From assembly GCA_032718475.1 (NCBI GenBank), contig JAUCBJ010001919.1, positions 62,001 through 126,000 of the forward strand: DNA of 64,000 bases, read 5' to 3'. Both the position numbers and the translations under genes were made by a program. A model generated the notes under the pieces. That model saw only the letters and a list, made by a program, of their open reading frames with translations. It ran no database searches and had not been told where the DNA came from. Of this stretch, positions 54,481 through 64,000 are shown in pieces. The DNA comes from Nemertoderma westbladi. Taxonomy: Eukaryota; Animalia; Xenacoelomorpha. Position 1 is the first letter of the stretch; each line of letters starts with the position of its first letter.

Positions 54481-56243
54481 GTCTGTATAATAATATTTGT
54501 AACTACTGTACAGTATATAGACAGTCTGTATAATATTTGCAACTACTGTACAGTATATAGACAGTCTGTATAATATTTGCAACTACTGTACAGTATATAG
54601 ACAGTCTGTATAATATTTGCAACTACTGTACAGTATATAGACAGTCTGTATAATATTTGCAACTACTGTACAGTATATAGACAGTCTGTATAATATTTGC
54701 AACTACTGTACAGTATATAGACAGTCTGTATAATATTTGCAACTACTGTACAGTATATAGACAGTCTGTATAATATTTGCAACTACTGTACAGTATATAG
54801 ACAGTCTGTATAATATTTGCAACTACTGTACAGTATATAGACAGTCTGTATAATATTTGCAACTACTGTACAGTATATAGACAGTCTGTATAATATTTGC
54901 AACTACTGTACAGTATATAGACAGTCTGTATAATATTTGCAACTACTGTACAGTATATAGACAGTCTGTATAATATTTGCAACTACTGTACAGTATATAG
55001 ACAGTCTGTATAATATTTGCAACTACTGTACAGTATATAGACAGTCTGTATAATATTTGCAACTACTGTACAGTATATAGACAGTCTGTATAATATTTGC
55101 AACTACTGTACAGTATATAGACAGTCTGTATAATATTTGCAACTACTGTACAGTATATAGACAGTCTGTATAATATTTGCAACTACTGTACAGTATATAG
55201 ACAGTCTGTATAATATTTGCAACTACTGTACAGTATATAGACAGTCTGTATAATATTTGCAACTACTGTACAGTATATAGACAGTCTGTATAATATTTGC
55301 AACTACTGTACAGTATATAGACAGTCTGTATAATATTTGCAACTACTGTACAGTATATAGACAGTCTGTATAATATTTGCAACTACTGTACAGTATATAG
55401 ACAGTCTGTATAATATTTGCAACTACTGTACAGTATATAGACAGTCTGTATAATATTTGCAACTACTGTACAGTATATAGACAGTCTGTATAATATTTGC
55501 AACTACTGTACAGTATATAGACAGTCTGTATAATATTTCCAACTACTGTACAGTATATAGACAGTCTGTATAATATTTGCAACTACTGTACAGTATATAG
55601 ACAGTCTGTATAATATTTGCAACTACTGTACAGTATATAGACAGTCTGTATAATATTTGCAACTACTGTACAGTATATAGACAGTCTGTATAATATTTGC
55701 AACTACTGTACAGTATATAGACAGTCTGTATAATATTTGCAACTACTGTACAGTATATAGACAGTCTGTATAATATTTGCAACTACTGTACAGTATATAG
55801 ACAGTCTGTATAATATTTCCAACTACTGTACAGTATATAGACAGTCTGTATAATATTTGCAACTACTGTACAGTATATAGACAGTCTGTATAATATTTGC
55901 AACTACTGTACAGTATATAGACAGTCTGTATAATATTTCCAACTACTGTACAGTATATAGACAGTCTGTATAATATTTGCAACTACTGTACAGTATATAG
56001 ACAGTCTGTATAATATTTGCAACTACTGTACAGTATATAGACAGTCTGTATAATATTTCCAACTACTGTACAGTATATAGACAGTCTGTATAATATTTCC
56101 AACTACTGTACAGTATATAGACAGTCTGTATAATATTTGTAACTACTGTACAGTATATAGGCAGTCTGTATAATATTTGCAACTACTGTACAGTATATAG
56201 ACAGTCTGTATAATATTTCCAACTACTGTACAGTATATAGACA
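54481..56243. repeat. 40-bp minisatellite (~44 nearly identical copies)
   Basis: Unit GTCTGTATAATATTTGCAACTACTGTACAGTATATAGACA; a few TTTCC variants appear toward the right end. Confidence 0.98.
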
Positions 56244-57652
56244 AAGACGTCAAAATAATAAAATAGTTTCGTTTACATAATAGAACGGAAGGGAAACCCC
56301 AACCCACGCGGCCTCGTCGACGCTGATGAATATACTGTATTAGCTACCGGTATTACTGAACTGAGATTATCTTAAAATGGCCGGCATTTTTTAGTATTAC
56401 ATGTAAAAGCTTTTGCGGATATAATCAGTCCCCCTCGTCCGCAAAGTACCGTTATAGGTGTTTTAACGGACATAAAAGTCATTCTTCTATATGTGTGCTT
56501 TGGCGGACATGGTAAGGCAAAAAACCCGCAATGCGTCAAATACCCTGGCACAGCTTAGCCTTGATGATTCAGATTACGACATCTAACAGCTGGTTGCTGG
56601 CATGGAAACGGCCATTGGACACATGGTTCTTTGTTTAGCTTAACAGCCAATCAGAGCGATTTTTTCTGTCGATGTGGAGATATTTGGCAGATCATGCTAG
56701 GAGTGTTCAGTCTTACTGTTTTTCTTGATACTGTTGTGTTGTTTCTATCTAGGCCAGGAACACCGGCTCTAGAGTCAATTCGTTTCAGACTTTAGAAGAA
56801 ACATTAGTAGGCTTAGATTATAGAGCGTATAACTGTTACCAGTCAACTCAATCGGCACATATATTGTCATATCATATCTTAACCTACCGTCTTAATGCTT
56901 TTTACTGTTGTTATTATTTTGTATCAGTTGGTTGAATATTATTTGGAGAACATCTATAAAGAACCCAAATTTCCCAATTTTCTTGATACACTACAGGTTA
57001 GAGAGACAGGTTACATATAGCGATTGCGACTTATATTATTGTGGTTTGTATTGAATTTAATGCTATTTGATAAGCACTACATGAGTCAGTTGCTGTTCTC
57101 TTTATATATGATAAAATTCATTGACGGTCGGCAAATTAGTGAGCAGTATTGTGCGTTACCGGTAGTGTGCATGATTGTGGCTGATAACTAAGCATCTCGT
57201 AAAGAATGCGCCTCATACGTGAATCATAAGCCTTACCGACATACCGTTGTGTTTAGTATAAGTCACAGCTCTGTTTACCTAGATAGAGCGCCACATCCTA
57301 AAGGAACTGTTAATATTTCCCGAAAGTGAATAATATTGGTTAGAAATTATTTATTAACGATCAATCGAATAATACAGTAAGCTTACACTGCAATAACAAT
57401 CTAAGCCCTACGAATCCAGTCTCCCGGGTATATCCAGCGGGTGAATGGACGCGCACTAGGCTGGCTTCGGCTAATGTTGTGTTTATTGGTATTAAATATT
57501 TGTCATTTTCTAAAGTCTATTTATAAACCAAAAGACATATAAATTTTGGCAGGTTAAACTGCTAAAGGTCTACAAAAGCGTGTACAATAACAGTTATTGT
57601 CTTTATTGCAGTAAGCAATAAAGTTGAAAGTACCGGTCGACCGGTAAACCTG

Positions 57653-57776
57653 AACCGGTACTGCTGTAGGTCCGTAGGCCCAACTGCCAGAATCGGTACT
57701 GCTGTAGGTCCGTAGGCCCAACTGCCAGAACCGGTACTGCTGTAGGTCCGTAGGCCCAACTGTCCTAACCGGTACT
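57653..57776. repeat. 38-bp unit, ~3 copies
   Basis: AACCGGTACTGCTGTAGGTCCGTAGGCCCAACTGCCAG; CTGCTGTAGG recurs at 57661, 57699 and 57737. Confidence 0.92.
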
Positions 57777-57949
57777 TCCAGTATAAGTACATTAGTATTA
57801 TTCGATTTTGATTATTGTATACCGGTAGGTCTCGATATTAAATCGGGGATGCCTGGTTTTTATTGGGATTTTACTTAGGTCTATTTCTGTCAGTTTTATT
57901 TCCTAGTAAGTTAATATTGAGCTGAAGACGTGTAAGTCTGCTCAGATTG

Positions 57950-58530
57950 TTCAGATAACTGTAGGCCGGACTGTTGTCGGATTGTTGTTGGGTTTGGAGA
58001 GATTACGGCGTGTGTGGAGTTTGTCTGATAAAGTGCCAGTTAGTAAGTTGGGGCAGCCATAGCTGTAAGGTCAATCCCCTCTTAAAGAATAAGTTGTACT
58101 ACCGTGTTAGAACGCATACTAACTAACCATTTTGGAATCTGCACATACTGTAGTTTATTTAGGCTTGACAGTATTCTGCCAACGTTTTGGCCTGTGTTTG
58201 TTTGTGTGGTCTGTTCAGGTACCGTAATAGTTATTACTCAGATATTTTGTAGGCTGGATTGTTGTCTAGCTATTATTAGGTCTGAAGAGATTGCTGCGTG
58301 TGTAGAGTTTGTCTGATAAAGTGCCAGTTAGTAAGTTGGGGCAGCCATAGCTGTAAGGTCAATCCCCTCTTAAAGAATAAGTCGTACTACCGTGTTAGAA
58401 CGCATACTAACTAACCATTTCGGAATCTACACATACTGTAGTTTATTTAAGCTTGGTGGTAGTCTGCCAGCGTTTGGTTTGTATTTTGTTTGAGTATTCT
58501 GTACGGGTAGCGTAATATTTATTATTCAGA
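57950..58530. repeat. 288-bp tandem duplication upstream of the BEL/Pao gag
   Basis: GTCTGATAAAGTGCCAGTTAGTAAG.. occurs at 58023 and 58311. The core is near-identical and the flanks are more diverged. Confidence 0.9.
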
Positions 58531-59466
58531 GTTTATGCGATTATTCGCAACATTCATGTCCCCAAGTTTATTCCTACAGTAATTGTGCTTGTTACACATA
58601 CCGTTATAGTTAAATTAACCCCGGTACTACACGGGCTGCTTGGCGTAAGTAAAGACTGGTGACTTTGTGCTCCGGTCACTCCAGCAGATGCCGTGGTTCT
58701 TTTAACTGTTCAAGTATATTTAACTACTGATTATTTGTTGTACCAGTACTTGTACCTAATTTAGGGTTTAGTGTACAGTGCTTTCCGAAAGTAATTAGTG
58801 TGTAGGCAGTATATTTGTGTTGTAAAGTGGTTAATAGGCACGTTGGATCTGGTAGTCCGCGGTAATTAACTTCTAGGTAGGAACACTCCGTGATACATAA
58901 CGTAGTACCTATAGCGATACGGCTATAGGTCGTCAGGCGGTGGTATTTTCCTATCTGGACAGTGCAATATATTTACTACTACTTATTATTTTCAAATACC
59001 GTAGTATCCTGTCTGTTGTAATAACCAGAATTCTAACCCTTTGTTAGGCTGGTTTGTAGACTTCCTGTAAAATTACCCTAAAATTTCGTACGTAATATTT
59101 TATTGTGTTTAATTAGAGATTTAATCTCACCCGTATCGTAAGTAATTTGTAGTATTAAGTAACTTTTTTAAATTAGCATTATCTGTTTTAGTGTCAAATA
59201 AGTAGCACTTCACTGAGAGCGCACAGCTTCTGTGTAGTGACTCCCCCAGAAATAATAACATTTATTCTAATATTGACAAAACCCATTTTAAACGGGTATA
59301 TAAATATTATAAATCAACTCAAACGATTTATAAATAGTAGGCCTGCCATACAACAACTAGGTCTCAATATCAGTTGGACTACTGCTTAAATAATGGTAAT
59401 AAAGTAAGTTAAAGTAACCAAGTAACCCTAAAATATTCAGAAATTCAATTATTCTAAAATAATTGA

Positions 59467-59742
59467 CATACCGGTATTTACCATAGGCTTATTATATTTA
59501 TTTCTATAAATTTGGGCTGAAATCATACCGGTATTCTGTAATTAATTCTAGTTCATAATTATACTTATATATACTATAAGTGTAAGCTGCATACCGGTAT
59601 TCACGATAGGCCTATTATATATTTATATATATTTGTGCTAAAATTATATACCGGTACTCTGTGACAAACCTAGTTTACAATACTTATATATACTATAAGT
59701 GTATACCGGTATTCTAATATACTGTAATAAATTACCGGTACT
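59467..59742. repeat. Degenerate ~123-bp duplication with six TACCGGTA palindromes
   Basis: TACCGGTA at about 59469, 59526, 59592, 59649, 59704 and 59733; ATACTTATATATACTATAAGTGTA occurs twice. Confidence 0.8.
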
Positions 59743-59820
59743 AGGCCAACGGTCATACTGAATTACTAGACTTGCTTTAACTGTAACTATAGCAGTAAGC
59801 ATCCAACTGTATAGCTAAAC

Positions 59821-62800
59821 ATGTCTGACACCCAGCAAAACCTGTCAGACAGTCTAATCGATACAACCATCTGTGACACAGATAGGAGTGTGGAGCGATT
59901 AAGAAAGGAGTTCAGCTCACCTCCTACTGAAAGAAAGGTCATCCCTCCAGTAGTAGTGTCAGACCCTAAGCTAATCCAACACCGTAGGTCTATCATCGGC
60001 ACTCGGGCCCAAGTCAAACGGAACCAGGAAGCAGCTGTCCAACAGCAGCAACATCCTAGTCAAGAAACTTGTTCCCAGCGATCCGATAGCTCCAGTAGTT
60101 CGGATACTGTAGAGCTGACCCGCCGAACGCGGAGTGCAGATGGCGGCTACAGCCTACTCGGATCCCCTTCTCACCCTTCCTGCCGCAGTGCTAACTACTA
60201 TATTGATTGCGGTGGAGGAACACCAAGTCGATTGGGCGAGAAGTAAGCGAGCGACCCAAGATAGTTATGCGGGATACGCCAGGGAAGAGTTGATGTCTAT
60301 TGTCGAGTCACAATGGAACTTTCCCGGACCCGGACTCCCGTTAGATTTGTCCGAAGCTACTTGGGAAGATATACACAGGATGGGAGTGGCTAAAGATACG
60401 ATGGATCCAGCTGTTTGGAAGAGGTCGGCAGCAGGATATGTGCAGGGATTCTTCGGCTCCTTAGAGCGATTGGAAGAACAATTGTTTCGACAACCTCAAG
60501 GACCTCAAGAGCAGGAAGAGCTGCTTTATCAAGTACGCGAAAGAACCCTACGCATTAGACTAATCCTATCAGCCTTTGAGGAAACTTCCAAAAGAAGACA
60601 GGACACGTCGCTGCAGGTTGCTGTCAAGACTTGGTTCCAGCGGGTAGGTCTCAAAGTTCAAGAAACGGCCCAGTGGAAATCCCAGCTGGCTGAGAGACTA
60701 ACCTCTGAAGAACCAACCGATGCCACCCTTTCTCAAGTGGAAAGCGAAGAGACAGCAGCAGAGAAGCCGCCCTCGAGAGACGCCATAGACATCTATCTGT
60801 CAGACTATCAACGCTTCTTGGGTGATGAAGAGTTGAGGAGACGACTGGCTGGACTTCGCCCCAATAGTGAAGGAACCAAGCTTGTGTTGGACTCAATCGA
60901 TGCGGAAATGTTAGCTGCTAACCAAGCTAAATTTGATGAAAAACTCCGCCTCGCTAGAGTCCAAGAAGAACAAGTAAAGAAAAAGCGGATAGAGGACCGA
61001 AAGGCAGCAGCAGTAACGGCGGCAGAAGCAGCAAAGGCAGCGGCAGAAGCAGAAGCAGAAAGAAAGGCAGCGGTGGCAGAAGCAGAACTGAGAGCGTCTG
61101 AGGAGACTACCCAACTAGAGTTGGAAAATCTGCAAGAGACGCAAGACAACATAAATAAACAGTTAACTGCTAGTCACATGCAGATGATGAGAAGATCTAC
61201 TCCCAAACGCCAGGGATACACATCATCGGAGGAAAGCGAAACCACCGATCCTGAAGGCGGAGGAAATAGATCTCGTCTAAGCAGGCGTAGAAAAACATCT
61301 CACCGTCACAAATTGCCTGATTTTCCCCCAGCTGTTAGAAGACAACTAGCTAGCACAGACTTGAGTAGTATAGAACCTACAGACCAAATTATTAAGGTCA
61401 AAAAACTCCCTACTATAGTTTATGAGCCTGAAATAATTAGGCCTGTCGTTCCCAAAGTCACTCCTGTGCTAGAGACCCCTGTACTTCCAGAGCTTAACTC
61501 TAAATTCCCTTTACACAGTACTACACTGCCTGTACCCGGTAGAACAGTCCATGAGAATATCCCTGTCCTGGAAGCTGAGAGAGAAATCAAAGATTTGTCT
61601 CCCGTCGTCCCGCGTCAGCCCGCTACAATGTTGGCGACTCCCGCTTCGGCGGTCGAGTGGGTAGAGGAGGGACGGCGGGGGATGAATCTCCTGCTCGGAC
61701 AGATGCAGGAGACTGTCCACCAACTTAAGGGAACAGTAAGGGAAGGTAGGGCCGAATTGCAAGAAGTGCAGCAAAGTATCGCGCTAGAACGCGACAAATT
61801 AGTCAATATACAAAAGGGTATACCAATACCCCCTGTAACATTGTGTCAACCTGTTAGGTCTGAAGTATTACATGCGCAAGGTGTGGAGCCTACACGCATC
61901 TACACTGCTAGTGAAGTAGAAACTCCTATAGCAAACCCTATTAAGGGTGATTATAAACCTGTTGTTAATGATATTCCCTATAGACCTGATAATGATTCGA
62001 GAAATTTATATACCGATAATTCGATATTAAATAACACGATGGCCCAAGAAAGCTTTACGCGTCAGATGGCTAGAACAGAAGCCCGCCAAGCGGTCAAAGT
62101 GGGAGAGATCGTCAAATTCAATGGAGATGAGATGAAATGGTTACCTTTCAATGAATATTACAAAGACAGCATACAGAACTCTGTGCTATCTAACGGAGAG
62201 AAACTTAGGTTCCTCATCAAGTGCTTGGAAGGACCTCCCAAGTTAATGGCGTTAAAGTTTATTGGACATCCAGAAGGATTAAGACAAGTTTGGGATACGT
62301 CAGGTATGGTAACAAGGATAACATAGCTAAGTATTTGTATGCAAAATTAGTAGCCCCCCGAAACTTTCTTAGTAGCGGGATTATAGAGTTTTCCGATGAG
62401 ATTCAGGAGATCTGTAGACAATTGGACTGGTTAGGTAAGTCTCATGAATATCAGAGTTCCATGGTTATTGGAGCAGTAGTCTCTACTTTACCTAAGGGTG
62501 GAGTATGTACACGCTGGGACAAGAAAGTGTTGTATATGAATGAGCAGCAACGGCGAAGCCCTACCATGGCTGATCTCATGTCCTTCTTAGATGGTGAAGT
62601 AAAACTACAACTCATCAAGCAGTCCAGAGAAAAAACATCGGAAAATAAGGTAAGTGAGAAACCCGTTTCTAGGAGAAGAGTCACACCAGTGTGTTACACT
62701 GATGACGGCGAAAGCCAAGCTTCTCAAGAAGAGGACAGCGGGAAAGACACTGATCGATCTTACTACGTTGGCAAAACCTCAAAAGACGTAAGTAAATACA

Positions 62801-63455
62801 AGGCTCGAACCAACGATAGGAGAGAACAGGTTGCCAAGACCCCTCCTCAGTCTCCTAACAGAATGCACGGAAGAAAACCCGAAGAAAGAACGAGAGTGCA
62901 TCAGGTTACCCAAGGTAAAGTGAGTAACATAAAACCTAACTGTGCGCTGTGCGACGGGACCCACCGTTTGAGTGCGTGTGCTGAATTTCTAAAGAAATCC
63001 CTTGTAGACAGACGTGCAGTCTTGTGGGATAAGTGGTTATGCTATAATTGCCTCAGACCAGGACACCAACGGCGAACCTGTTACTCCGACGTAAAGTGTG
63101 CAAAGTGTGGCGCGAAACATCACATCTTGTTACACAGTGAGTTCGAACGAGACAACCCGAGTCAGGTAAGTGAGCCCGAACTACATGTCCAATTCAGTGA
63201 TGTAAATGACACTGATCAAGAATCTGAGATGGAAGGATTCTATACTTACGAATTCTCTGACGCCAACAAATCCTGTTATCTAATCAATACCGCAGTGTAT
63301 CGAGCACTTACTTATGAAAAGGACACCAACAATGAGTTTCCCCCAACTACTTTTGCCAGACAACCATCTTGGAAAGCTCCAACTTCCAACGTAGGAATCA
63401 GAGAATTTCCTGTAGTGCAGGTAAGAGTTCACGGTCCTAACAAAAGTTACATTCT
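59821..63455 (+). pseudogene. BEL/Pao LTR retrotransposon gag region with two frameshifts, ending at the start of the protease
   Basis: DUF1759-like KFNGDEMKWLPFNEYYKDSI..LSNGEKLRFLIKCLEG..RYGN; the three BEL-type knuckles CALCDGTHRLSAC, CYNCLRPGHQRRTC and CAKCGAKHHILLH; then PVVQVRV. Frameshifts lie near 60120-60245 and 62300. Confidence 0.88.
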
Positions 63456-64000
63456 AGCTGGACCTTCAACGCCGCCGACGCCCCTTGGTGGGGAGGAAGT
63501 TGGGAGAGATTAATTAGAAGTGTCAAGACCACATTTCACTTTATAGTGCCATGCCGCGCGTATCTCACCGACGAACTTTTGCGGACATTAATGGAGGAAA
63601 TAGCTGCCTATCTCAACGAGAGACCGCTTATGCCAGTCTCATCGAGTCCCGATTCCCTGGAAGCGCTAACACCCGCGCACTTCCTACTGAAGAAACCTGT
63701 AGCCATGCTCCCACGATCGGAGATTGCCGACGGAGACGAATACTGCCGTCGAACTTGGCAACTTATGCAGTTGCTATCCCGTCGTTTCGCTGACCATTTC
63801 GAGAAACATTATCTGCCCACGCTACAACTTCGAACTAAGTGGTTTGCGCAGCAAGAAAACGTCAGCGCCGGAGATATGGTGCTTATTGTAGATTCAGACC
63901 TCCCACGTAAACGGTGGCAGACAGGTCGTATCATCGAGACTCACATCTCGGATGATGGTTTAGTACGCTCGGTAGAACTCGTCGTCATGCGGCGTAACTT
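63456..64000 (+). mobile_element. BEL/Pao integrase C-terminal half and DUF5641-like domain, open to the window edge
   Basis: WTFNAADAPWWGGSWERLIRSVK..LNERPL..ALTPAHFL..YLPTLQLRTKW..GDMVLI..PRKRWQTGRI..DGLVRSV. Confidence 0.92.

Noticed and set aside
56600-59400. 5' LTR and primer-binding site of the BEL/Pao element
   Set aside because: No convincing TG..CA boundary or PBS could be placed, and the second LTR is outside the window.
60651-62964. Minus-strand ORFs over gag
   Set aside because: Antisense shadows of the long plus-strand frame with no recognisable motifs.
63551-63793. 80-aa ORF in the track
   Set aside because: Wrong frame; the integrase motifs lie in the overlapping frame that stays open to the window end.

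Overview
Eukaryotic, probably invertebrate animal, DNA that is about three-quarters tandem repeat. Bases 1-34,932 are a 20-bp satellite (GAATGTCCTCCTACATTACT) with 25-bp variants and nested ~1-kb, ~4-kb and 5,478-bp higher-order blocks. From 35 to 39 kb lies a cluster of dead retroelements: two convergent RTE-like 3' ends, CR1/L2-like RT fragments, and a Penelope-like remnant forming a 210-bp inverted repeat with a minimal hammerhead-ribozyme fold in each arm. From 39.2 to 43.9 kb is an apparently intact 4-exon YIPF3 gene (333 aa). Its third intron is almost entirely 20 tandem copies of the exon-3/donor junction followed by about 48 copies of an acceptor-like unit, the most unusual feature here. 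A TA-flanked TIR element (44.3-50.7 kb) has its subterminal 62-bp unit amplified about 100-fold. Two further minisatellites (44 and 40 bp) follow. The window ends inside a frameshifted, internally deleted BEL/Pao LTR retrotransposon. All coordinates and copy numbers were read by eye, and family assignments rest on remembered motifs, not database searches.
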